Assembly (NCBI GenBank): GCA_951406725.2
Contig: OX597833.1
Location: forward strand, 26,970,001-27,034,000
Length of the DNA stretch: 64,000 nt
From: Octopus vulgaris
Lineage: Eukaryota
Direction of reading: 5' to 3'
Shown here: positions 27,627 to 39,500 of the stretch, piece after piece
Layout of the letters: each line of letters begins with the position of its first letter
Numbering within the stretch: position 1 is the first letter of the stretch
Program-made: the position numbers and the translations under genes
Notes under the pieces: model-generated
Told to the model about the DNA's origin: nothing
Seen by the model: the letters and a program-made list of their open reading frames with translations, nothing else
Database searches by the model: none

Positions 27627-28337
27627 TGTAACATAACAAAATAAAATAATATTATACATATACTATAACATAACATGATATTATGTAATATATCTATTCA
27701 ACAGAACGAAAGTATTTATTTCACTGGTGAAAAATTAACCAGCAAGACACCATAATATGGAATTCAATGAAAGAAAAGCTAAAGCCTTCAAGCTGCACCG
27801 ATTACAAGCACAAAAATAAATACTAGGATGCTAATTACGTTAATTAATTCACTTAACTAATTCTCTATTCATTCTACACAGATGCTTTATAATTGTACTT
27901 TATTATGTATTTTGAGGAGGATGTCGTCTTATTTTTTATCTTCTATTTAGTTTCTGCTTTTGACCATTTTTGGCTCTTCTTTTCTATACATTCGACAGCT
28001 TGCTTGTGGATTTGATTTCTGTTTATGTGGATATCGCTTTAGTTTGCTGTATTTCTAAACTTTAATTTTGTTGTGATTATTTTTATGTGTTCTTTTTCTT
28101 GTTTTACTTTTTATATATTTCCTTAAATTTGCTTTTATTATGTAATTTCATTTCATTAGAGATTAACAAGAAGTTTTCTGTAAGGCAGCGAGATTTTCTT
28201 GCTTCTCAACCAACTAAAAATTATAACACTTATATGGTTTAGAGTTAAGAATATCACATTACCAATATCATCACTAACGTTGTCGCCGTCGTTGTCAATG
28301 CCCTCTTCATCATCATAATATTGCTCTAGAAGCACTA

Positions 28338-28408
<71 letters not shown>

Positions 28409-28592
28409 AAGCGTTCTGTGTCCTTAAGTTTTCAAACAGGGGAGATAAGCACTTCCACCCAACAAAGCCACTATGCAGAGACTAGTTTCAGGGTAATTGT
28501 CTAGAGTAGCTTGGCCTTGCTCGTTGTCAATGCTAAATCGCTGTTGAAAACTTGTAAAATGTCAAGTGAAATAAATTCACTGATCAGCAAAA

Positions 28593-28819
28593 TTAGAAAT
28601 ATTGCATTTCTAAATCTTTCAGAAGAGTTATGCAGTAGCAGCAAGATAAAGTGATGCCTTGTCGCATAGCCAACAAGAAACGGTGTTTCCTGGGGCTAAA
28701 TAACAGTAGCATTCTTCCCTTTCCGAGGAGTGCCACAATAAATTGGCAACAAGCCATCACTTTATCGTGCTGGTACTGCATAACTCTCTCTGAGAAATTT
28801 AGAAAAACAATATTTCTAA
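28593..28819. repeat. Fold-back with ~73-bp inverted arms (28593-28666 / 28745-28819) in an element flanked by (TA)n
   Basis: TTAGAAATATTG...GATAAAGTGATG and reverse complement CATCACTTTATC...CAATATTTCTAA. Confidence 0.8.
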
Positions 28820-28859
28820 CTATATATATGTGTGTGTGTGTGTACATATATATATATTC

Positions 28860-29183
28860 TTTTATTCTGTTATTCTTTTACTTGTTTTGGTCGTTTGACT
28901 GCGGCCATGATGGAGCACCGCCTTTTGTCAAACAAATCGACGACAGGACTTATTCGTTGTTAGTCTAATATTTATTCTATCGGTCTCTTTTGCCGAAATG
29001 CTAATTTGCGAGGACGTAAGCACACCAACATCGGTTATCAAGCGATGGGAGACAAACACACACACACACACATATATACGAGGGGCTTCTTTTAGTTTCT
29101 GTCTACCAAAACCCACTCACAAATCTTTGGTAGGCTTGAGGCTATAGTAGAAAGCACCTGCCAAATGTGCCACGCAGTGAGAC
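28860..29183 (-). mobile_element. SINE family A (head truncated)
   Basis: TTTGACTGCGGCCATGATGGAGCACCGCC...TCTACCAAAACCCACTCACAA. Confidence 0.8.
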
Positions 29184-29188
29184 TATAT

Positions 29189-29225
<37 letters not shown>

Positions 29226-29231
29226 CGTGTA

Positions 29232-29528
29232 GGCGCATGGTTCGGTGGTTAGAGTGTTGCACTAACGATTGCGAGATCGTAGTTTCGATTCCCAGACCGG
29301 GCGTTGCGTTCTGCTCTTGAGCAAAACACTTCATTTCACGTCGTTCTGTGATCATTTTGTCATCTGGCATGTGACACATGGTGCACCTGTACAGGTAATG
29401 GCGATTTGATGGAGGGAGTGACCTTATGTGAACAAAAACATTTGGTCACCATAAAAAAACCATTTGTGTGGTTGCTCAGCAAGTAATTGCGGAGTCCTCA
29501 TATGTCGTCAAACGACGGGAGAGTCCGT
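29232..29528 (+). mobile_element. SINE family B variant
   Basis: GGCGCATGGTTCGGTGGTTAGAG...GTTTCGATTCCC head; CTTGAGCAAAACACTT core. Confidence 0.75.
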
Positions 29529-29576
29529 GGTGTGTGTGTGTGTGTGTATGTATATATATATATATATATAATATAT

Positions 29577-29760
29577 TCTACTTGTTTCAGTCATTATACT
29601 CGAGTACCACATAGAAGAATTTTAGTCGAATAAATGAACCCTAGTATTTATTTTACCGCTTCTTTAGTGGAGCCGTTAGGTTACGGGAACATAAACACAC
29701 CATCATCGGTTGTCAAGCGATGGGTGGGGAGACAAAAACAAGCACAACTACACACACACT

Positions 29761-29801
<41 letters not shown>

Positions 29802-29948
29802 ACGACATGCTTCTTTCTGTATTCGTCTACCAAATCCACTCACAAGGTTTCGCTCAACCTGAAACTATGGAAGCCTTACCCGAGGAATGCGGGACTGACC
29901 CCGTGTGGTTGGGAAGGAAGCTTGCTACCATGCAGCCACGCCCGAGCC
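29577..29948 (-). mobile_element. SINE family A, diverged
   Basis: CTTGTTTCAGTCATT...CATCGGTTGTCAAGCGAT...CCAAATCCACTCACAAG. Confidence 0.75.
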
Positions 29949-30447
29949 TTTGTTTTTAAAAGTAGTTGGGAGCTTGGTTTACATTTCTAGCAAATCGAGC
30001 AGCCACAAAGAGACTCACCCATTGTAAGACAAATAACTTGTATACTGTTCGCATTATAGCACATGTAGGTTCGGGTTAACATTATGGAAGAAAAAAAAAT
30101 GTATTATGTAAATTGTAATAATCAACGTGGAATTTAGGAAATTGCGCAATGGCGTCCGTCGGGCGGAAATGAATATTTCTTGAGAACGTAATTGACAGAT
30201 GGAGTTAATGTAACGTTGAGTGAGATGGTGGATTTTAGATAAAATCGCTCCATTAGAATACGTCGGTGAATATCCTGATGTGGAAAGAGTTAATCGGAAA
30301 TGTCTTGAAGTATCTTAAAGGGTCAGTGATACTGGCGAATATAAAAATATCCCCATGCTGGTTGCAAAATATATTATATGCAGTAGATATATAATATATG
30401 TATACTACATATATGTATAAACGTGAGTGTGTGTGATACATATGTAT

Positions 30448-30483
<36 letters not shown>

Positions 30484-30916
30484 AACGAAATGTACGTATG
30501 ACTGTATGCCGCGTATGTCTGTATGTATGTGTACTTGTGTGTAGGTATGAAGTTGGTAGATGAGTGTCTGCGTAAAACTTTGCATTATTCTGTGTATGTG
30601 TGTGTTTGTGTGTATGTGTGTGTGTTCGTGTGTGCGTGCGTGCGTGTGTGTGTGCAATTGAGTGTAGACAAAAGTGCAAAGTATGTTTGTATATTTGCAT
30701 GTGTATGCGTGTGCGCGCGTGTGTGTGCATATCTTTATGAAAGTAAATGAACGGGGATGTGGTGGGAGAATGCATGCGCGTGTGCCAGACATAGAGTGAC
30801 CAGTGGTTAAGATAAGATTTAAAAACGTTATGCGAACGAAAATCCTAGAGATTTATAGACAAACTGTGCCAATATATTTGTGTGTGTATGTGTGTGTGAG
30901 AGAGAGAGAGAGCACA

Positions 30917-30949
<33 letters not shown>

Positions 30950-31339
30950 CGGAGAGTAGCAGGTTGGCTTAGCTCATGAAACTTGACGTGAAAGCCCACC
31001 CAACCGGGCCTTGGCCATTCGGAAGCTTAAGTGAAGAAAAACAGAATGGCTTCTGCGTTAGAGAGAGAGAGTTTAACTTCTGATCATCAGCTACGTTCTC
31101 GAGGATTTATTTTAACTTAGCGGCAACAGATGAATACCATTTAGTCATCCAGTGCACCGTACTTGTCATAGAGGTGGGTGGTGTGTCTACTTGACATTTG
31201 AGTTGCAGGAATGTGAGTGATAATTTCCATACGAACAGCAAGCGTAGTATAAACCCAATCTTGAGCAGCTAATTTCCAAAATCCATGCTCTTGATAACAG
31301 AATGATCATGACCGCTACGAGGTCACTTCCGTTTCGCAA

Positions 31340-31530
31340 GAATTTTTGTGGTAAAAGAGAATGACTTTTCATATGACGTATCTATGGGGAACTACGATGG
31401 GGTTAAGGTCGCTGGCATCGTCAGGTTCCTCATTCTGGATATTCTACGAAAGTGTACGTACCCAAACAGTTGAAAACCTATGCAGAGACAATGACATGAC
31501 CATCATAAAATTCGAACTGAACAATGGTGG
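31340..31530 (+). pseudogene. Ancient Naiad-type PLE RT relic
   Basis: Manual translation SMGNYDGVKVAGIVRFLILDIL then NLCRDND resembles MGSYDGAEVCELVGLYIL...GLYRDD (cf. 50910-51617). Confidence 0.5.
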
Positions 31531-31881
31531 TTAAGTTCTTTCTCTCTGCAATAATGAAAGCTATTTTTCTTCCCTCACTTTGCTTCCGAATGGGTGAACT
31601 GATGGTGGTGTTTTCACGTCCACGAAACACCAGGTAAGATGCGGAGCTAAGTCAAACGGTTACACAATGAACAAAACAAGGCGTAATAATTTCTTTGTTT
31701 TTGATATCGGAAGAAGTTACAGAGTAACACAAGAGCCACCTCTTCCGATTACAAACAAACATATACACATATATACATATGCATATATAAGAATATGTAT
31801 ATATGTATACATATATATGCATATATAAGCATATATATATATATATATGAATGTATATATATATATATATATACACACACA

Positions 31882-32103
31882 CAAGTGTCTTCTACTATAG
31901 CCTCGGGCCGACCAAAGCCTTGTGAGTGGATTTGGTCGACGGAAACTGAAAGAAGCCCGTCGTATATCTGTATATATATATGTATGTGTGTGTATGTGTT
32001 TGTGTCTGTGCTTGTCCCCCCAACATTGCTTGACGACCGATGCTGGTGTGTTTACGCCCCCGTAACTCAAAAGAGATCGATAGAATAAGTACTAGGCTTA
32101 CAA
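31882..32103 (+). mobile_element. SINE family A body
   Basis: CAAGTGTCTTCTACTATAGCCTCGGGCCGACCAAAGCCTTGTGAGTGGATTTGG. Confidence 0.85.
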
Positions 32104-32481
32104 ATACGTACTAGGCATACAAATACGTCAGTATAGATGCTGAAAGGACTGCCCAGGTTGCTTGGCTGTAAGTTGGCTGAATACATCTCAGATTAATCAA
32201 TCCAATAATTAAAGATGATGCAATTGTAGTTATCCTGTGTTTCATGCAATAAAAGCTGCAGCAAGACCAACGTTATTAAATGTGTTTGTGTTGGGAACGG
32301 GTAGGGTTTCAGGCATATTTGGTTGCTATTTATAGTCGTTACATTGAAGGATTTCTCTCCGTTACACTTCACTTATATATGCAGGAATTTATTCTACTCA
32401 GAAGTTTGTGAAAGGATATTTGGGAAGTTGATATACATACGTTCAGCTCTAAATTAATTCACCGGTAACACCTTCAAGTAC

Positions 32482-32766
32482 ATACATACATACATACATG
32501 CATGCATACATACATACATACATACATACATACATACATACATACATGCATGCATGCATGCATGCATGCATACATACATACATACATACATACATACATA
32601 CATACATACATACATACATACATGCATGCATGCATGCATACATACATACATAAATACATACATACATACATACATGCATATATACATACATACATACATA
32701 CATACATACATACATACATACATACATGCATGCATGGATGCATACATACATACATACATACATACA

Positions 32767-32795
<29 letters not shown>
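32482..32795. repeat. (TACA)n/(TGCA)n microsatellite
   Basis: Direct reading. Confidence 0.95.
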
Positions 32796-32802
<7 letters not shown>

Positions 32803-32830
32803 TGTGTGTGTGTCTGCGTATGTGTGTACG

Positions 32831-32853
<23 letters not shown>

Positions 32854-32861
<8 letters not shown>

Positions 32862-33010
32862 ATATTTCGGAATGGTCATATATTTAGCCAATAAAAACAC
32901 ACGCACTATATATTTGGTGTTATTTTGCTTCAGTGATAACACCAAATATATAGTGCGTGTGTTTTTATTGGCTAAACTGGCAATATGATCATTCCGAAAT
33001 ATAACAATAT
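32854..33010. repeat. Near-perfect ~157-bp palindrome
   Basis: ~70-bp arms around an ~11-nt loop (TTTGCTTCAGT); a few mismatches and a small indel. Confidence 0.9.
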
Positions 33011-33063
33011 CTATTTCAACACACGACTTCACATATAAAATCTTGCACAACAAATATTTAAAC

Positions 33064-33099
<36 letters not shown>

Positions 33100-33482
33100 T
33101 GAGGGAATATAAATCCAAACTTACAAGGGGAAAAAAATTCAATTTAGAAATACTAATTCAAATTTCACACAATATAATATATATATATAAAATTAGAAAA
33201 AAAACACCTTTTAACAATTCAAAATGAACAATTAAATTACACCATCTATAAAATTACATGAAATAGAGATATTAAAATTAAAATAACAATAAAATATCAA
33301 TGATTAAGTAAATTGCATAAATAATAATAAAAACGTATATAATTGGTAGAATAACGATATATATATCATTAATAATATCAGGGTAATAAAGATTTTAGAA
33401 TTTTTTAGTACCAGTGGCCTAGCGTATAGAAAAATTAGTCAAGAGACTATATATTATTCATACAAAATACAGAGTACATTTT

Positions 33483-33777
33483 AACACATTAAGCGGTATC
33501 CATCATAGGACTCCCTTACGCCAGAAGGAACAGCTAAAGTTCAAACCATTAATTAGGTATAAAATGTTTAATCTTGGCGTACCTGTTCACGAAGACTTCG
33601 CCTACAAAATTATTTTATTTGCTAAAAAATGTCTGAAACCATGGTCCAGGAAATAGATGGTAAATGTTTTTATTATTTATTCCCTTCGAGATTTTATCCC
33701 TAATAAGTGGCTTGAACTTTAGGTGTTCCTTCTAGCGTAAAGATAGTCCTATGATGGATACCTCTTAATGTGTTTAA
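33483..33777. repeat. Fold-back with ~70-bp arms enclosing a degenerate hammerhead
   Basis: ACACATTAAGCGGTATCCATCATAGGACT... vs ...AGTCCTATGATGGATACCTCTTAATGTGT. Confidence 0.8.
33582..33650 (+). ncRNA. Degenerate type I hammerhead ribozyme
   Basis: CCTG TTCACGA AGAC...GTCT GAAA CCATGG TC CAGG: stems I (CCTG/CAGG), II (AGAC/GTCT) and palindromic III intact; core has two changes. Confidence 0.65.
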
Positions 33778-34382
33778 ATGTAGTGTATTTGTATATATAT
33801 ATATATATATATATACGTAAATCTCGAACAATGAAAATGACTGCTAAACAGCGCATTGGTGGATAACGATTCTTTATTTGTGGACTAAGACTTCCATTGC
33901 TTTTATGCTAAGAAATCCCTTAACAATTATCAAGTCTATCACACAGAATATCGGTGTTCGTTTCCATTTTGGATTAAAACCAACACACAAACACACACGA
34001 TTATACACACACACACACACACACACACACATATGCATAAATATGTACATATGTATATACATATATATGTACATACATGTGCATATGTATATGTGAGGAT
34101 GTGAAGTGATAGAATATTCCTTCGATTTGAGCGTCCACTTGTTCGATCAGTGTACAAAAATACTCAACAAATTAACCTTCTAAGTCGGTGAATATTACAC
34201 GGACATGGGTATCTTTAACGTAATTCTCAGTAAAATCAGCTTGACATAGGGTTGACCTCTGTATCAGAAATGTAGTTCTTTTTTCACTGCTTCCACATAC
34301 CTTCGAAATTATGATAAATCTTACACACACACACACATACACACACATACACACATTCATGCACACACAAATATATATGGTT

Positions 34383-34544
34383 TTTGTTGTTTCAATCATT
34401 AAACTGCAGCTATGCTGGGGCACCACCTTGAAGTATTTTAGTCGAACGAATCGACCCTAGTACTAATTATTTCTTTCGTAAAGCAAGGTACTTACTCAAC
34501 CGAAACGTAAACATACCAACTTCAGTTTGAAGCGATGGTGGAGG

Positions 34545-34597
<53 letters not shown>

Positions 34598-34598
34598 T

Positions 34599-34670
<72 letters not shown>

Positions 34671-34701
34671 TATATATATACGACAGGCTATCTTTTTATA
34701 A

Positions 34702-34736
<35 letters not shown>

Positions 34737-34878
34737 TTTCCGTCTTACAAATCCACTCACAAAGCTTTGGTCAGCCCGAAGCTATTGTAGAAGACGGCTG
34801 CCGTAGATGCGACCGAGTGGGTCTGAACCCGCAACCATGTGACTGATAAGCTAAGCAAACTTCTTTCGATACAGCTAC
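34383..34878 (-). mobile_element. SINE family A with expanded internal (TA)n
   Basis: Family A tail at 34383-34545 and head at 34735-34878 separated by a TA tract. Confidence 0.7.
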
Positions 34879-35239
34879 CATATTATCCTTTGGACACTCC
34901 ATTAAATCTCTCCGGAATTTTTATTCGGTTTATATTTTTGTAACATTTCTTTTCAAATTTTTCCTTGACTTTTTTCTTCTATATATTTGCTTATGATAGT
35001 TTAAAATTTATCCTTCTATCTTTCTATATTTTAACGTTTCACACTCTTATAATTGCACACACATTTATCACATTCTGCACATTCAAATGGCTAAGAAAAT
35101 AAATGGTTCCAGAGAACCAAAGTGTTTTACAGCGAGGAAGACGAGATTTTTGTACTCAATAATATGATCTGAGGAAAATAAATTGTGCTAACATTTTAAT
35201 TGAAAGTAAATGTATGCTAGCTGGTTTCTTTGCGTTTGA

Positions 35240-35700
35240 CAGCTAAAGATGGTGAAATTGGAGTTATTGTATGGAAAAAGGCTGCTCAGCTTAACCAGAA
35301 CTTATGTGTGTTGAAAATCATTTAGATGGCCCAAACTGCCTGGAAATACTTGAAAGGTGTCTAATATCCATTTCTCCAAATGTTGAAAAGTATAAGACGA
35401 TCGTTCATTTTCCAGAAAGTAGTTCCAGGCTCACCACTTATATACAAGCCATATATCACAGGCTTGGAAAATACCCCAAGGAATTAAATCTATGAAATCG
35501 GTTGTTCAAAGCAAGCCCCCAGCTTAATCCGATGGAAAACTCATGGAAATATCTTAACAAAAGAAACCTAAGAAGATCAATTAAACAGCTGAAAGAACTA
35601 TCAATCGGAAACAGGATAAACATGGATTCATCTGCCACTCATGATTTAATAAAATCCATACTTTTATCGGATGAAAGTTGTGATATTATTTGAAAGAGGG
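35240..35700 (+). pseudogene. Tc1-like transposase C-terminal relic
   Basis: ASPQLNPMENSWKYLNKR resembles Tc1 SPDLNPIENLW; LDGPNCLEILERCL resembles MNxxxYxxILExxL. Confidence 0.55.
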
Positions 35701-35904
35701 CCCGCAACATAGTGATACAAGACTTCGATAATTTTTCATTAAGTTCTTACATCTTAACTTATACTTGTGTGTATGTGTGTGTGTGTGTGATTAAGTGTGT
35801 GTGTGTGTGTGTGTGAGTATGTGTGTGTGCTTTGTGCGTGTGTGTGTACACATAGATAGATAGATAGCTAGATACGCACATGCATGCATACATACACACA
35901 CACA

Positions 35905-36760
35905 TGTCGTATAGTCCGTCTCAGACAACACTTGCCAAGAACAGGAGCCAAAAAAATACATTAACTTAGAGCTGAAAAGGGAAGAGAACCATATCACACT
36001 TCGAAGGTTATGCATTTTCAATCCAAGGACAGGAGATTGCTACTAAACACCTAATAAACAAAAGAGACAGTGAAATCCTTAGAGTTACAAGGCACAGTCG
36101 AAAATCTAGATTGTGTCATATTTTTGTGGAAGACATCTCACATGTGATTAACAGTTTCCAGATCTTACTTTTCTGTGCGACACGACGTTGTCGCAAAAAC
36201 AATACATAATGCCATCCCGGGAAAAAAAGACTGCCCTGGAATAAATGTACAGAATCACCCCGTTGTGATGTAAAAGAATCAACAAAAGGAATACTGGTGG
36301 AACATGCCCACCAGAATATGTGTCAAGTGTAAGCATAACAGGCCGGACATTGTTGTTTGAGGCTGAAAAGAAAGAGTATGTGCCGTCGTAGAGGTCACTT
36401 ATCCTGCTGATGTGAATATCTCTTACAAAATCAAAGAGAAAGAGGTTAACTATGGACAATTGCTTCGAACTTTCCATCTTCTATGTCCAGATTACAAATT
36501 TACATTTATACCAATAATAATTGGTGCACTTGGTTTTGACAGTCAAGATAAGCTTGGATTTTCAGAGAAGGAAATCAACAACTTAACTCTTAAACTACAA
36601 ATACAATCTGTAAGTAAAAATATGCAAGGATTTTCTCAAACTTAAAATGAGACATAGTTTTTGTTATCCACATTCCAATGATTAGAGCTTTTAATCTTGT
36701 TTAGAAACCAGCTCCTTCCTCAGTGTAAGGATCTATATATTTAAAGACAGAAGAGAAAAT
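35905..36760 (+). mobile_element. 3' end of an RLE-type (R4/Dong-like) non-LTR retrotransposon
   Basis: Frameshifted LCHIFVEDISHVI (zinc knuckle), RHDVVAK, KHNRPDIVV, EVTYPADVNISYKIKEKEVNY, IPIIIGALG = PD-(D/E)xK endonuclease; ends into (TACA)n. Confidence 0.8.
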
Positions 36761-37440
36761 ACATATATACATATATACATGCATGCATGCATACATACAT
36801 ACATACATACATACATACATACATACATACATACATACATACACATACATACATACATGCATACATGCATACATACATACATACATACATACATACATAC
36901 ATACATACATACACACATAATCGGTTTTGAGACGGGAGTGATGGCGTTCTTTGTGTTGGCCATACTGATAATGTTTACTGCTGGTCGTGAAGTTGTGGCT
37001 GATAATAAAGTTGGAAGGAAAGTGTATATAAGGATGACTCCCACAAACACCGCTAATAACACAACCGTTATAGTCACCGTTATCATCATTACTATCAATA
37101 CTATCATCATCAGCACTAGAATCATCATCATATAAATTCTACAAATTTCTGTGAATCTCCATTTTTCCTCTTTATCTCTCTCTCTATACCATTTTCTATC
37201 AGTGCTGCCTTGTTGCTGCCGGCGCTGCTGAAATTGGTGTTGATAATGTATTCATATAGATTTCATTACCAAGATTAAAGAATGAAATCTTTGCAAAAAT
37301 AATATATTATTTATTCTCCAATACATAATTATATTGATTTCATAAGAACTGTATATTTGTGTATATACGCATGAATCGTGTGTATCTATACACATAAATT
37401 CATATACACAACCATACATACACATATATATTTGTGTGTT

Positions 37441-37486
<46 letters not shown>

Positions 37487-37601
37487 GTGTCTTTATGAAT
37501 ATGCATGCGTATATGTGTTATATTTGCTTGCCTATTAACTATTACAACACTACAGATTTTAAAATTTAAATGCAAACCATATATATATATATACACACAT
37601 T

Positions 37602-37640
<39 letters not shown>

Positions 37641-37997
37641 TTAAATATATATATATATACTTATATATATATATTTATATATATGTATATTCACACATTT
37701 ATATATACATATATGTATACACATTTACATATATATATATATCTTCAAATACATCGAGTCTCACTTCAACTGACCGCACTAGGTATTAAGGAAGTGAGCA
37801 TCAAAATGGTAAACGTTTGCACAGCAGCCAAGCATGAATACATTGTCAATAAATTCTTTTCAATTCAACTGAAAAGCATTCAAAGATTTTTCGAGTAAAT
37901 CATTGACAAGCCTTTTACCACACGCTCAGAACATTCGCACATACCATACATACATATATATATACATATAGATACATATATATATATATATGTGTGT

Positions 37998-38044
<47 letters not shown>

Positions 38045-38683
38045 TGTGTACAAACATGGTTTGTTGTAAATTGAGCAAATGACGAGGAATGTATTTTATG
38101 CAATACATCTGAGATTTGAATAAATTCTTAAAAAGCATCTGTCAATAAAATAGCCACGACGCCATAATGTCGTACAGGGTGGTCAACGAGCCTCCGTTTT
38201 GACAAACCATTTCCATAAAAAAACATCAAGTCGAAACTTATGTCTATAGACGATAACATAACCCAGACAGACGATACATTATTTTAATAAAATATCCACC
38301 AAAAATAAATTTCTTAAGTTTTTCGGAAATATTCCCCACAGCAAGAAATCTAACTTCAATACATTTCAGTAAAAAAAAATAGAAGCAAAAAACTGTGTCT
38401 AAACCACATTCATGAAATAAGCGCACATCATGTATGTATGTATGTATGTATGTATGTATGTATGTATGTATGTATGTATAGATGCGTGTATGTGTACATA
38501 TATATATATATGTGCATATATGTGCATATATATATATATATATATATATGTATTATAGATTGATTGATTGATAGATAGTTATAGATACAGATATAGATAT
38601 ATAAGCACATATACATATGTGTATGTATGTATATGTCTGTATATACACACGTACACACGCACGTAAATATATGTATATATATT

Positions 38684-38890
38684 TTTCTACTCTAGGCACA
38701 AGGCCCGAAATTTTGGGGGTCTAGTCGATTAGATCGACCCCAGTGCGTAACTGGTACTTAATTTATCAACCTCGAAAGGATGAAAGACAAAGTCGACCGC
38801 CGCAAAATTTGAGCTCAGAACATGAAGTCAGACGGAATAACACTAACCATTTCGCCTGCGTGCTAACGTTTCTGCTAGCTCAATGCCTTA
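38684..38890 (-). mobile_element. SINE family C
   Basis: TTCTACTCTAGGCACAAGGCC...GGTACTTAATTTATC...GGATGAAAGACAAAGTCGACC. Confidence 0.8.
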
Positions 38891-38937
38891 ATATATGTAT
38901 ATATATAAATGCATTTATGTATATATTTATGTGCGTG

Positions 38938-38969
<32 letters not shown>

Positions 38970-39193
38970 CACACACTCACAGACTTCGTAGATTTGTAAA
39001 TATAACGAAATTTTGACTTCATTCAAATCAGAAATTGTACGTCAACATTCAATTTTAGAGTGATAATATAATAACGTATGAACGTGTTAATAATATTAAA
39101 CCGTTTGAAATATTAGGGCAAAGTATATATAGTAATATATATATTTGTATATTTTCTTCTATGCTTCTCAAGTGCGTATTTAAGAATGCAACT

Positions 39194-39477
39194 GACGCAC
39201 CGTCGATGACAATGAATGTTCCAGTTGATCCGATAACTGGAACAGTCTGATTGTGAAATTAACGTGCCAGTGACAGAGCACGCCACAGACACGCGTACCC
39301 GTAACATAGTTCTCGGGGAGATTCAACGTGATACAGAATGTGACAAAGCTGGCCTTTTGAATTACAGGTGTTACCTCATTTTATGCCAGCTTAGTGGACT
39401 GGTGCAGCGGGAAATAAATGCCTTGCTCAAAGACACAATTCGCGCCGGGATTCGAAGTCACGAGCCTAAGCATTAAG
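39194..39477 (-). mobile_element. SINE family B
   Basis: Reverse-complement homology to 5117-5432. Confidence 0.75.
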
Positions 39478-39500
39478 TTATGTTTTTTAAGAACGTACAA

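Noticed and set aside
38172-38430. TA|CAGGGTGGTC Tc1-like TIR start
   Set aside because: No matching second TIR or transposase found
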